Shown here: positions 36,022-45,719 of the stretch, piece by piece
Layout of the letters: every line of letters starts with the position of its first letter
Position numbering within the stretch: position 1 is the first letter of the stretch
Source: an uncultured bacterium
Lineage (GTDB): Bacteria > Krumholzibacteriota > Krumholzibacteriia > LZORAL124-64-63
Assembly: GCA_965363725.1 (NCBI GenBank)
Contig: CBDTUS010000002.1
Span: forward strand, 1-61,217
Length of the DNA: 61,217 bases
Reading direction: 5' to 3'
Translations under genes and position numbers: made by a program
The notes under the pieces: model-generated
Databases searched by the model: none
What the model was told of the DNA's origin: nothing
What the model saw: the letters and a program-made list of their open reading frames with translations, nothing else

Positions 36022-36567
36022 TTACTTGAACACCACCTTGGCGTCAGGCGCCTCGACATAGAATATCTCATGGCCGGGAACCCATTGGTCGTTCTGGAGA
36101 TATTCCGAGGCCATGTGCAGGCGGCCGTCCTCGAGCACCCGGCTGGTCGAACGGACTTCGGTGATCCCTTCGGTGCCACCCTCCACCTTTTCCGCAGCCG
36201 TGTAGATCCCGTCCTGGAGGGTCATCGTCCCATGGGTGAAAAACCCGGCGGTGGTAAAGTAGTAGAAAGCCACCGACTCGAGTTTGCCGTCCCAGAAGAT
36301 GATCGTTTCCCCGCCGTACTCCCCCTCGTTCAGCGAGTGGGTAACCCGGATCGCCTTGCCGCCGAGCGTTTCCTCCCAGCGCTGGACATCCACCGAGGTC
36401 CGACCGCTGGCCGCGTCGGTGAATTCTCCCTGGAAGGTCCGTCCCACGTATTGTTCGAGTTCCTTCAGGTTCTCGTCGAGACCCGCGGCAGCAGGCCCGA
36501 CGGCCAATCCTGAAACCATGACGACCACAATGACGGCCGGCAGAAACTTGATTCTCTTCATGCTCAT
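36022..36567 (-). CDS. Secreted hypothetical protein (~181 aa)
   Basis: Track ORF 36022..36912 trimmed to MSMKRIKFLPAVIVVVMVSGLAVGPAAA (signal peptide). Beta-rich sequence. No family recognised. Confidence 0.55.
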   Translation of the reverse strand: MSMKRIKFLPAVIVVVMVSGLAVGPAAAGLDENLKELEQYVGRTFQGEFTDAASGRTSVDVQRWEETLGGKAIRVTHSLNEGEYGGETIIFWDGKLESVAFYYFTTAGFFTHGTMTLQDGIYTAAEKVEGGTEGITEVRSTSRVLEDGRLHMASEYLQNDQWVPGHEIFYVEAPDAKVVFK

Positions 36568-36646
36568 CCCTTTCGCTCGACTTGGGTCCGACCATGGTCC
36601 GACCATGGCTCGATAAATCTGCTTCCGGATCGGCCCGTTCGGCTGC

Positions 36647-38004
36647 ATGATGACCGGAAGCGACACGATACTTCCAACGGCGACGGGCGTCCAACGCCCG
36701 GACGACGAAACAGGATTTGATGCCAGCATGATCATCGTCATCGGAGGCGGACCGGCGGGGTTTTTCGGGGCCATCACCGCCCGGGAAAACGATCCCGGTC
36801 GGCCGGTCGTTCTGCTCGAAAAAAGCGCCCAGGTCCTGGCCAAGGTGAAGGTCAGCGGAGGCGGACGGTGCAACGTGACCCACGCCTGTTTCGATCCGCG
36901 TGATCTCGTCACCCATTACCCTCGCGGCCAAAAGGAACTGATCGGGCCCTTCCACAAATGGGGCCCCACCGAAACGGTCGCTTGGTTCTCCGCACGCGGC
37001 GTCCCGCTGAAGACCGAAGACGACGGCCGCATGTTTCCCGTGACCGATGATTCCGGGACCATCGTGGACTGCCTGATGAAGACCGCCCGTTCGCTGGGGG
37101 TGGAAATCCGGACCAGTTGCCCGGTGGAAAAGATCACGCCGGCAACTTCGGGAAGCGGCTTCACCGTGCAGCTGACCGGTGGCGAAGAACTGGCGGGCAG
37201 TCAGGTCCTTCTGGCGACCGGCGGGAAAACTTCCCGGGGAGGATCCACCGCCGACGGCTATGCCTTGGCCCGCGGACTCGGCCACACCATCGTGGCGCCG
37301 GTCCCCTCGCTGTTCACCTTCCGCATAAGCGACCCCCTGCTGGAGGGACTGGCAGGCGTGTCGGTTCCCGAAACCGAGGTCCGGCTCGTAGCTGCCGCCA
37401 AATCCGACCGTCATTTGCGGCAATCCGGCCCCATCCTGGTGACCCATCACGGCCTGAGCGGCCCGGCGGTGCTCAAGTTGTCCGCCTGGGGCGCCCGCCG
37501 CCTGCACGATCTGGCCTATCGGTTCGAGATCGGGATCAACTGGCTGCCGGGCCGCACGGAGCAGGACCTCGACACCGAACTCCAGGACCGGACCCGCACC
37601 AGCGGCCGGCAGCATATCTCCACCGTAGGACTGGCAGAATTGCCCCGCCGCCTGTGGGCTGCGCTGGCGGCGCACGCCGGGGTGGCCGCCGACACCAGAT
37701 GGGCCGACCTTGACCGCCGGGCCCGCCTGCGACTGGCCGCCGCGCTGACCGACACCCGCCTGGCCGTCACGGGACAGGACACGTTCAAGGAAGAGTTCGT
37801 GACCTGCGGCGGGATTCCTCTCCCAGAGGTCGACCTGCGAACCATGGCGAGCAAACTCTGTCCGGGACTGCACCTGGCGGGGGAACTGCTGGACATCGAC
37901 GGAGTGACCGGCGGCTTCAATTTCCAATCCTGCTGGACCACCGGATATCTGGCCGGCCTGGGGCTGGCCGGCGATCCCTCGAACCCCGGACCCGAGGACC
38001 TGTC

Positions 38005-38008
<4 letters not shown>
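36647..38008 (+). CDS. FAD-dependent oxidoreductase of the HI0933/BaiN-like family (start possibly ATG 36728)
   Basis: IIVIGGGPAGFFGAITARE dinucleotide fold, KVKVSGGGRCNVTH, C-terminal GELLDIDGVTGGFNFQSCWTTG. Confidence 0.8.
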
Positions 38009-38448
<440 letters not shown>

Positions 38449-38465
38449 CAGGGTTTTACTTCTGA

Positions 38466-39557
38466 ATGATTCTTGGCTCCACCATGGCCAACCTCCACCC
38501 ACATCGCCCCCTTTTTTCGGCTCGGAATCCACGGGCTCTTCTGGCCGGTGTGTTCCTGCTGCTTGTGATGTGGCAGGTCCCCGCATTTGCTGTTCCCAAG
38601 ACCGATGTCATCACGCTGATCAGCGGCGACATCATCACCTGCGAGATCAAGGAAATGGTCCGGGGAAAGGTACGGGCCAAGACCGATCACATGGGCACGG
38701 TCTCCATCGAATGGGACAAGATTGCCCACATCGTCAGTAATTACTGGTTTTTGGTGTCCCTGAAGGACGGCTCCCTGATCTATGGCCAGATGTCCGAGTC
38801 CAACGAGGATGGCAGCCTGGTGGTCGACTCTCAGAACAGGTCGATGACCATTCCCATGAACACCATCGTGGAGATCCAGCCTGTCCGGTACGACCTGTGG
38901 GACAGATTCGACATGTCCGCGGCCTTCGGCTTCAACTGGAACAAGGGCAGCCAGGTGCTCCAGTCCAACCTGGACGCCGGCCTCAAATACAAGGGGTCGC
39001 TCTACTCCTGGGGTGTGGACCTCAGCGCCATGGTGACCGACCGCGGGGAAGGGGAGATCACTCGCCGCAACGAGTTTGGTCTCTGGCTGGGACGGGAAAT
39101 CAGTGGACGCCTGCACGGCACGGTCGACGGAGGATCTCAACGGAATGACGAGTTGGGCCTGCGCCAACGGCTGTCCGGCGGCCTCAACCTCGGTTATTTC
39201 CTGACGCGATCAAGCCACCTGGAATGGCAGACTCTGTTGGGCGCCAGCATCAACCGTGAGTGGGCCACCGACGACTCCGAGGCCTCCAACAACGCGGAGG
39301 GTCGCCTGGGCACACAATTTGTGCTTTTCTACTACGACAGCCCCAAATCGGACATCACCATTCAGGCGGATGCCTATCCCAACTTCACTGTCAAGGACCG
39401 CTGGCGCTTCGAAGGCAGCATTTCCGGCCGCCAGGAAATCATCTCGGATCTGTTCATCAGGCTGGAATACTACGAAAGCCGCGACTCGAAACCGCCGTCC
39501 GGGGCCAAGGCCACGTCTGACCGGGGAGTCGTCCTTTCTATCGAATGGACCAAGTAG
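38466..39557 (+). CDS. DUF481-like outer-membrane beta-barrel protein
   Basis: Signal peptide (..MWQVPAFA), N-terminal soluble part, then repeated beta-strand pattern ending ..GVVLSIEWTK. Family call is from memory of YdiY-like proteins. Confidence 0.55.
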   Translation: MILGSTMANLHPHRPLFSARNPRALLAGVFLLLVMWQVPAFAVPKTDVITLISGDIITCEIKEMVRGKVRAKTDHMGTVSIEWDKIAHIVSNYWFLVSLKDGSLIYGQMSESNEDGSLVVDSQNRSMTIPMNTIVEIQPVRYDLWDRFDMSAAFGFNWNKGSQVLQSNLDAGLKYKGSLYSWGVDLSAMVTDRGEGEITRRNEFGLWLGREISGRLHGTVDGGSQRNDELGLRQRLSGGLNLGYFLTRSSHLEWQTLLGASINREWATDDSEASNNAEGRLGTQFVLFYYDSPKSDITIQADAYPNFTVKDRWRFEGSISGRQEIISDLFIRLEYYESRDSKPPSGAKATSDRGVVLSIEWTK

Positions 39558-39566
39558 GGCTGCCGG

Positions 39567-40037
39567 TCAGACCAACATTTCCTTCAGTTTTCCCCGGGCC
39601 CGAACCAGAACCCCCACCGCCTCGCGCACCTCTTCCGGCGATAGGCCGGCCGCCACCTGATGCATGGCCTCGCCCTCCTGGGCCATGATGCCGCGGATCC
39701 GTTCTTCCCCCTCATCCGTCAGTCCCAACAAGCGGGATCTCTTGTGGCCGGGATTGTCCCGGAACATGACCAGCCCTCGATCGGCCAGGGTGTTCATGGT
39801 GACCTGGACAAACTGGCGCGACACCCCCTGCTTGCGGGCCAGCTGGGGCGCCGTGCACTGACGCAGCTGACGGAGAGCCATCAACAGGCGCCGCTCCTGG
39901 GGAGTCAGGCCTTTGCGGGCCAGGATGGCTGCGGACACTCCTTCGAGGTCGTGGAACAAGCCCCGGGTCTGGGCGATGAGTTGATTCAGTTCCAGGATCG
40001 ACTGGCGGCCGTCTTTGGCGGGCAAGGGGGCATTCAC
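39567..40037 (-). CDS. MarR-family transcriptional regulator
   Basis: GTG start with AGGAGG 7 nt upstream. LTPQERRLLMALRQLRQCTAPQLARKQGVSRQFVQVTMNTLADRGLVMFRDNPGHKRSRLLGLT. Confidence 0.85.
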   Translation of the reverse strand: MNAPLPAKDGRQSILELNQLIAQTRGLFHDLEGVSAAILARKGLTPQERRLLMALRQLRQCTAPQLARKQGVSRQFVQVTMNTLADRGLVMFRDNPGHKRSRLLGLTDEGEERIRGIMAQEGEAMHQVAAGLSPEEVREAVGVLVRARGKLKEMLV

Positions 40038-40068
40038 GGAAAATCCTCCTGCATATGGCGGGCAACGA

Positions 40069-40113
40069 TTGACATCTTGGTTGTCATCCTACTTATGGCA
40101 ATGTTGTTGTCAA
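40069..40113. promoter_or_regulatory. Candidate MarR operator / divergent promoter
   Basis: TTGACA-TCTTGG-TTGTCA dyad (40069..40086) and a further TTGTCAA (40107..40113), 30-75 nt upstream of the MarR start. The TTGACA could also serve as a -35 for a rightward transcript. Confidence 0.4.
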
Positions 40114-40353
40114 GACGGGAATTCATGCTCCCGGGAGGAACCCTAGGCTGGTATACGAATCAGTATCAACCAAAACGGGGCCGCTCCCACCAGCAGCGTT
40201 ACAATTACAGAGACTCGTAGAGTTTTAATTGATTCCTCCCAAGGATATCGAAATTGGTATTTTCCGAATGATCAAACGCCACCGATCATATACACTATAG
40301 GTTGTGCCTTGGAAATTGTGTCTGGGGTTGAAATGGCCCCGGACATCAAAAAA

Positions 40354-40398
40354 CGGCTCCCCCGGGGGACCCGCTTTTGTTGGTTTTGTTATTTTTGC
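40354..40398 (+). terminator. Terminator-like hairpin + T-tract inside the leader of the nitrilase-family gene (possible attenuator)
   Basis: CGGCTCCCC-CGGG-GGGACCCG (7 bp + 1 mismatch), then CTTTTGTTGGTTTTGTTATTTTTG. The upstream CCCCGG (40337..40342) can pair alternatively with CCGGGG (40362..40367). Confidence 0.45.
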
Positions 40399-40473
40399 GG
40401 ACTGATCCTGCGGACGGGATGCCTCTTCCTTGGCCGGACACAATTTCGAAGGCACAACCAAAAAGGAGCACTC

Positions 40474-41298
40474 GTGAAAATCGCCCTCATTCAGCAGCAC
40501 GCCACGTCCGACCGCCAGGCCAACCTCCGCCGGGGCCTGGTCGCAGCCAGAGAGGCCGCCGACAAGGGAGCCCAGGTCATCTGCTTCGCCGAACTGGCCT
40601 TCGACCGCTTTCTGCCCCAGGTCCAGGCCACACCGGAATTGCTGTCCCGGGCTGAAACTATCCCCGGGCCCACCACCGAAGCCTTTCGGGAATTGGCAAT
40701 TGACAAGAAAATTGTCATTATTCCAAATCTCTTTGAACTTGATGGCGGACAGACGTTTGACTCAACTCCAGTGATCAATACCGACGGAACCATCCTTGGC
40801 GTCACGCGAATGGTCCACATCACCGAATACGAATATTTCCACGAGCAGGGTTACTACACTCCAGGTGACAAGGGAATTGTCATTCATGAAACCCGCTACG
40901 GGAAAATCGGCGTGGCCATCTGCTACGACCGTCATTATCCCGAATACATGCGGGCCCTGGCGGTCGCCGGAGCCGAACTCGTGGTCGTACCCCAGGCCGG
41001 GTCGGTCGGGGAATGGCCCGCAGGCCTCTACGAAGCCGAATTGCAGGTGGCGGCGTTCCAGAATGGGTATTTTACCGCCCTGTGCAACCGGGTGGGCGAG
41101 GAGGAACATCTGACCTTCGCGGGCGAAAGCTTCGTCTGCGGCCCCGATGGCCGGGTGCTGGCCCGCGCGGCCGAGGGGCGGGACGAGATCCTGTATTGCG
41201 ACATCGATCTGGCCGAGGTTGAAATATCCCATGCACGACGGCTGTTCATGAGGGATCGGCGGCCGGAATTGTACGGGAAATGGCTGGGGCGATCCTGA
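40474..41298 (+). CDS. Carbon-nitrogen hydrolase (nitrilase superfamily)
   Basis: GTG 40474 with AAAGGAG 5 nt upstream. VKIALIQQHATSDRQANL..., FAELAF (catalytic Glu block), YGKIGVAICYDRHYPE (Lys and Cys blocks). Confidence 0.85.
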   Translation: MKIALIQQHATSDRQANLRRGLVAAREAADKGAQVICFAELAFDRFLPQVQATPELLSRAETIPGPTTEAFRELAIDKKIVIIPNLFELDGGQTFDSTPVINTDGTILGVTRMVHITEYEYFHEQGYYTPGDKGIVIHETRYGKIGVAICYDRHYPEYMRALAVAGAELVVVPQAGSVGEWPAGLYEAELQVAAFQNGYFTALCNRVGEEEHLTFAGESFVCGPDGRVLARAAEGRDEILYCDIDLAEVEISHARRLFMRDRRPELYGKWLGRS

Positions 41299-41313
41299 TT
41301 CCAGCTCTCCCGC

Positions 41314-42126
41314 TCAGGGATTGGAATCGTGGATGCCTTCAGTGACAACGAAGTTGTCAAAATAGGCGTAGACCGTGGTGAGATTCCCCTCGCTGTCCAC
41401 GGGGGCCCAGTCCACGGAGGCACCTCCATGGAAGGTCGAAAACAGGAACGTCCGGATATCGGATCTCTCCCCGCCCACCCCCCGTAAAAAATTTTGGGAA
41501 GTCTCGAGGATTTCCCTGCCGTCGACCAAAACCCGAGTCCAACCGTTCGCCTGGCCGGGATCATTGAGATGGACCTGATAGACCACATGGTGCCAACGGC
41601 CCGGCACGAACACGTGCTTGGGCGAAGAATATACCCGCCTGTATTTTTTTCCGGGATCCTGACCGTAGAGATAGGAGGCCAGCCGCCCATCCTCCTTGAA
41701 GACCAGGCGAGCGCTCCAGTTCTCGGGCTTTGCTTTCTGGCCCCCGGTGACGGGAATCAGCGGCCCGAATCCGTGCAGCTTGCCCCCTTTGACGAACTGG
41801 AAAGCTTCGTCGAACCGGACATCGTACGATAGCGTGGCGGAAGTACATGTGGCGGGCAGATGATGAACCTTGGTGACCCGATGGCTACCCTGTTCGTATC
41901 CGATATACGCCACGCGGATCGCGTCCGAACCGTCCGGCCCCTGCCTTTTGGCCAGATCGACTTCCGCCTGAACCAGCAGTTCGACGGCCAGGCCGGATTC
42001 ATTGTCGGTATCGAAATCCTCCCTCATCAACACCGTGGGCTCGCCTCGCGACATGGCCCCAACGACGGAAACCGACAAACTTCCCCAAATACAGGTCCAT
42101 AGAAAAAATTGGCGACTGGTGAACAA
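41314..42126 (-). CDS. Secreted concanavalin/polysaccharide-lyase-like protein (PF14099-like, tentative)
   Basis: Start taken as TTG 42126 (GGAG 5 nt upstream, giving signal-like FTSRQFFLWTCIWGSLSVSVVGA); the alternative is ATG 42054. FVKGGKLHGFGP and WHHVVYQVHLN resemble the heparin-lyase-I-like family. Confidence 0.5.
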   Translation of the reverse strand: MFTSRQFFLWTCIWGSLSVSVVGAMSRGEPTVLMREDFDTDNESGLAVELLVQAEVDLAKRQGPDGSDAIRVAYIGYEQGSHRVTKVHHLPATCTSATLSYDVRFDEAFQFVKGGKLHGFGPLIPVTGGQKAKPENWSARLVFKEDGRLASYLYGQDPGKKYRRVYSSPKHVFVPGRWHHVVYQVHLNDPGQANGWTRVLVDGREILETSQNFLRGVGGERSDIRTFLFSTFHGGASVDWAPVDSEGNLTTVYAYFDNFVVTEGIHDSNP

Positions 42127-42149
42127 ATCCACTCCTTGGGGCCGGGCCC

Positions 42150-42950
42150 TCACAGCCTCCGCCGCGCCACCACCAGCAACGCGCTGCCCAGGTTCATGAC
42201 TCCCAGCAGGCTTTCCTTTATTTGGGCGCCGATTCCCGCCGCGCCTTTTTCCACTCCGCTGCCGCTGGCGGTGGTCATCTCCAGGATATCGAAACCCACC
42301 GTGGTCAACAGGACGCGGAGCGCTTCGGATGAAAACATATTCAGGTGCTGGTCGGGATCCAGCATGTCCCACTTGGCTCCCTGGATCCGGCACCGCAGGG
42401 AACGCGTGTTCGGGGTCTGCAGCATCAGCAGACCGCCGGGGCGCAGGAGTTCGCGGCAGTTTTCCACCGCGGTCAGCGGTGTCAGAACGTGTTCGAGGAC
42501 ATCCAGGGCCATGATTCCATCATAAGCCGTTCCGGTGGGTTCCTGGGTCTGGATGTCCCCGGTGATGATCCGGGCCGTGGGATTGTTCTTGCGGGCCCGG
42601 GCCGCAAGTTCACCCGAGAGTTCGATGGCATCGGCCCGCCAGCCGCGGCGCCATGCCTCCTGCAGGAGTATTCCCGGGCCGCAGCCGATCTCCAGCAGGC
42701 GGCCCCACTGGTGACCGGTCCCCAGTCGCCTTTCCAGGCGTTTGAGGCGTTTGGTGAAATATCCCCGGCGCTGGTCGTCCTGTCTTTCCAGGCGATCCAC
42801 CACCTCGGCTCCCTCGAAACACGAATTGAGTTCCCGGATCGGGTAGGGATGGACAAACAAACACCGACACATGGGACAGTTGATGTACTGAGCCCTGCCG
42901 GCGGGCAGGAATTTCAATCCCTTGCCGTTGGTGCATATCCTGCAGATCAT
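42150..42950 (-). CDS. Class I SAM-dependent methyltransferase with N-terminal Cys4 zinc-ribbon
   Basis: CRIC...CPMC ribbon. LLEIGCGPGILL motif I. GIMALDVLEHV, LLRPGGLLML. Confidence 0.8.
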   Translation of the reverse strand: MICRICTNGKGLKFLPAGRAQYINCPMCRCLFVHPYPIRELNSCFEGAEVVDRLERQDDQRRGYFTKRLKRLERRLGTGHQWGRLLEIGCGPGILLQEAWRRGWRADAIELSGELAARARKNNPTARIITGDIQTQEPTGTAYDGIMALDVLEHVLTPLTAVENCRELLRPGGLLMLQTPNTRSLRCRIQGAKWDMLDPDQHLNMFSSEALRVLLTTVGFDILEMTTASGSGVEKGAAGIGAQIKESLLGVMNLGSALLVVARRRL

Positions 42951-43110
42951 GCCTATTCCCCTGCTTCCATAAGGCAGGTTACCACAATAGCATCAATCGG
43001 TCAGGGCAAAGGAACGGGTTCCTTGCGGCTTTCCCGCCACCAGGAATTCGACCGTGTGATTCTCCCGGAAATAACCGCCGAGCTCATTCGACCGCTCTTG
43101 GTTCGGGCAC

Positions 43111-43160
43111 AAAAAATCGCCAGCACCTTCCGAATCGAATTCGGAATGTCGGTGCTGGCG
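43111..43160 (-). terminator. Strong intrinsic terminator after 43220..43630
   Basis: Interrupted 18-bp hairpin CGCCAGCACC/TTCCGAAT-CGA-ATTCGGAA/GGTGCTGGCG, followed in minus sense by ATTTTTTG. Confidence 0.8.
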
Positions 43161-43219
43161 TAATATCCGCGACACACCCCTCGGGTATGCCGGCCTATTC
43201 TCCAGGCCGCAGGTTGGCG

Positions 43220-43630
43220 CTACTTCTGGAAGGCCAGCCCTTTGGGCGCAAAATACGAATAGATCATCGGAGTGAAGAACCCGTCTTTCACCCGCTTGGC
43301 TTCCATGATGATGTTGTAGGCCTCGGTCTTGGTCTCCACATCCATGATGATGATGAACTCCACGTTGGTTTCATCGTTGACCAGGCCGGCGGAAATCACC
43401 AGTCCCTCCATGGCGGCTTTCCGGATGTTCTCGATGACCTGCATCCGCACGTCCATTCCCTCTTCGGAGTTCTGGGATTTCCAGTTGGGACCCTTCTGCA
43501 CCATGACTATGTGGTACATCTGCATGGTCTGTTTCTTGGGAGCCACTTCGTCGACGGGATTCTGGGCCAAGGCCATCCCATACGAGGCCAAAATGGCCAG
43601 AATCATCAACAACATTATCGAGCGCTTCAT
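43220..43630 (-). CDS. Small secreted hypothetical protein (136 aa)
   Basis: Signal peptide MKRSIMLLMILAILASYGMALAQ. Lower GC than its neighbours. Alpha/beta pattern. No confident family. Confidence 0.6.
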   Translation of the reverse strand: MKRSIMLLMILAILASYGMALAQNPVDEVAPKKQTMQMYHIVMVQKGPNWKSQNSEEGMDVRMQVIENIRKAAMEGLVISAGLVNDETNVEFIIIMDVETKTEAYNIIMEAKRVKDGFFTPMIYSYFAPKGLAFQK

Positions 43631-43840
43631 GATCTACCCCTGATTGCAAAGTGAAAGGAGCCAGCCGAATCCGGGACAATTTAGCACAATTCCGGAAACG
43701 GCAACAGGGAATTAGAACCCTGGTCATTCCTCTAAGTTCCCCGATTTGCCCTCAAAATCCGGCCCGAATGATGCAACTCCTGAGGCAGAGGAAGCGCCCA
43801 CGAATCCCTGCGGGGAATCGGCAACACAGGAGAAGAACTC

Positions 43841-44725
43841 ATGAGGAAGCATATACCAAACATCATTCTGGGTCTCCTGCTCGTGTGGCCGGCCGCGGCC
43901 CTGGCGGTCGACTCCATTGCCGTGAGCGGAACTGCAGACTGCACGGGCTGGAATACGGACGTGGAAATCACCTTCCGTCCCGGAGCTGATATGGTACGTC
44001 TGAGCTACGTCGTGGCCCTGAACGGACCCAATGGGAACGAACTGGAACGATACGAATTCGATGAGTGGCTCGACGTCCCCGCCGCCGCCGTCGCCGTTTT
44101 TTCCTATAGCGGATCCTGGAGTACCGAACTTGCGGACGGGGCCTACGACATGGCCTGCGACGTCCTGGTGCTGGATCTCGTCCCCGACGCGGAAAACAGA
44201 TTCGAGGGTGATTTCACCGCCGTAATCGAGTGCGGCGACACTCCCACCGTGACGAAAATCTGTCCTCGCGGGGCCTGGTTCTGGAGGAGCCATCCCGCCG
44301 ACTGGCCGGTCACCAGCCTGGAACTGGGAGCGGATTACCTGGACCAGACCGCCCTGCTCGACATTCTGTTTCGCTATTCGCGTGGCGACATGACCGTTCT
44401 TTTGGCCAAGGCCCTCATTTCTGCCAAGCTGAACCTGGCCGGCGGCGCGGGCCACAGCCACAACATCCTGGACGTCATTCCCGAGGCCAACGCCTATCTG
44501 ATCACCCATCCGGTCGGCAGCAGGCCCCGCCGGACCGGCCGCAGGTCCGCCATATCCCTGGTGATGTCGCTGGTCCGGTACAATCACCGACGGTGCGAGG
44601 ATCCCAACGGCGAGGAAGACGACTCCTTCAACGCCGGCACGGCCAAACCCGGAACCGGTGATTACGACAAGGCCGCCGCCATTGAGGTCATGTCCCTGGG
44701 TACCCTGAAAGCCCTGTACCGATAG
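43841..44725 (+). CDS. Secreted hypothetical protein (294 aa)
   Basis: Signal peptide ..LLVWPAAALAV. Beta-rich N-half, helical C-half (CPRGAWFWRSHPADWP...LLAKALISAKLNLAGG). Ends ..SLGTLKALYR. AGGAGAAG RBS. Confidence 0.6.
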   Translation: MRKHIPNIILGLLLVWPAAALAVDSIAVSGTADCTGWNTDVEITFRPGADMVRLSYVVALNGPNGNELERYEFDEWLDVPAAAVAVFSYSGSWSTELADGAYDMACDVLVLDLVPDAENRFEGDFTAVIECGDTPTVTKICPRGAWFWRSHPADWPVTSLELGADYLDQTALLDILFRYSRGDMTVLLAKALISAKLNLAGGAGHSHNILDVIPEANAYLITHPVGSRPRRTGRRSAISLVMSLVRYNHRRCEDPNGEEDDSFNAGTAKPGTGDYDKAAAIEVMSLGTLKALYR

Positions 44726-44745
44726 ATCAAGCCTGTCTCCCCATG

Positions 44746-44777
44746 GAAAGAAGCCGCCGATAAAGGCGGCTTCTTTC
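44746..44777. terminator. Bidirectional intrinsic terminator
   Basis: GAAAGAAGCCGCC-GATAAA-GGCGGCTTCTTTC between the convergent stops at 44725 and 44811. Confidence 0.8.
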
Positions 44778-44810
44778 ATTGAGCTCGGGAAATACCCACC
44801 CGGCCAGGCT

Positions 44811-45719
44811 CTATTTCTCCCCACCCCACCGCATCTGGAAGCTGACACTGATCTGATCGAAATCCGAACCCAGACGTGTGGCCAATCCATCGATGTAAAG
44901 CACGTTCATGCTGTATCTTGTGGCCAGGGGCAACGAAACGATGGCCGCCCAGCGCGTGTTCTTCTTGTAGCTGTTGGTGTACACCCCGTTCGAAGTGGTT
45001 TTCCCACCCCGGGAGAGCCCACCCCCCAGCCCGAACCAGAAGCCGCGGCGGGCTTGATAGATGAAGTTGAGCTGGAAGCTGTAGAGCGGATCCTGGGTGA
45101 CTATCGATCCTCCGAAAAAATCCGGGTTTTTGGTGTAAAGCCACGCGTCGACCATGCCTTCTATGGTCAGGCGGCCCATCTTCTGGGCCAACCCCACTCG
45201 GGGCCGAAACGCCCAGCGGTTCTGCCCCAGGTTAATCAAGTATTGGGAATCGTACTGCCCCAGGGGAATCACGGCCTTCAGACTGGCCCCCAACACGGTG
45301 TTGTTGGTGTAGGCCTTCATCTCGCTCATGGAGATAGCCGGCGCGCCAAAAAAATTGACGGCCAGCTGAACCTGCGGATCCGAAAATCCCGAGCGCGTAG
45401 CATCGACATAATCTCCGTCGAGGAATCCGTTCCAGTGGCCCCAGGCGTAGGGCACGGCCGCGGTCAGCTTGGCCGACGCTCCCCAGATCCCCAGGGTGCG
45501 GACATAGGCCGCGACCACATTGCTCACCCGTCCCTGCGCTTCGGTGATGGTGGTCGCCTGGTCAAAAAGCACTTCGCCGGTGGAATATCCGTAGGCCAGA
45601 GCTGCAAAGTTCATCCCCACCGGGGCCTGCGAAAAGGCCCGTGGTTCCAGATCCTGGGCCGAGGCCGCGGAAGCCAGGACCAGGAGGGAAAGAACAGCCA
45701 GCAGAAGGACGCGATTCAT
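44811..45719 (-). CDS. Outer-membrane beta-barrel channel of the MetA/phenol-degradation-like transporter family
   Basis: Trimmed to MNRVLLLAVLSLLVLASAASAQDLEPRAFSQAPVGMNFAALAYGY (typical N-terminus of the PF13557-like family). The ATG overlaps the upstream stop (TGATG). Confidence 0.65.
   Translation of the reverse strand: MNRVLLLAVLSLLVLASAASAQDLEPRAFSQAPVGMNFAALAYGYSTGEVLFDQATTITEAQGRVSNVVAAYVRTLGIWGASAKLTAAVPYAWGHWNGFLDGDYVDATRSGFSDPQVQLAVNFFGAPAISMSEMKAYTNNTVLGASLKAVIPLGQYDSQYLINLGQNRWAFRPRVGLAQKMGRLTIEGMVDAWLYTKNPDFFGGSIVTQDPLYSFQLNFIYQARRGFWFGLGGGLSRGGKTTSNGVYTNSYKKNTRWAAIVSLPLATRYSMNVLYIDGLATRLGSDFDQISVSFQMRWGGEK

Noticed and set aside
36068-37927. 619-aa - strand ORF
   Set aside because: Antisense shadow of the FAD-dependent oxidoreductase gene.
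40309-40473. In-frame N-terminal extension of the nitrilase-family ORF (MEIVSGVEMAPDIKKRLPRGTRFCWFCYFCGL...)
   Set aside because: The extension is encoded by the hairpin + T-tract (CGCTTTTGTTGGTTTTGTTATTTTTGC) and lacks an RBS. GTG 40474 has AAAGGAG at ideal spacing and gives the canonical (M)KIALIQ start of the family. It is kept only as an alternative in the leader finding.
42993-43175. 60-aa - strand ORF
   Set aside because: It is translated straight through the 18-bp terminator hairpin at 43111-43160. No RBS.
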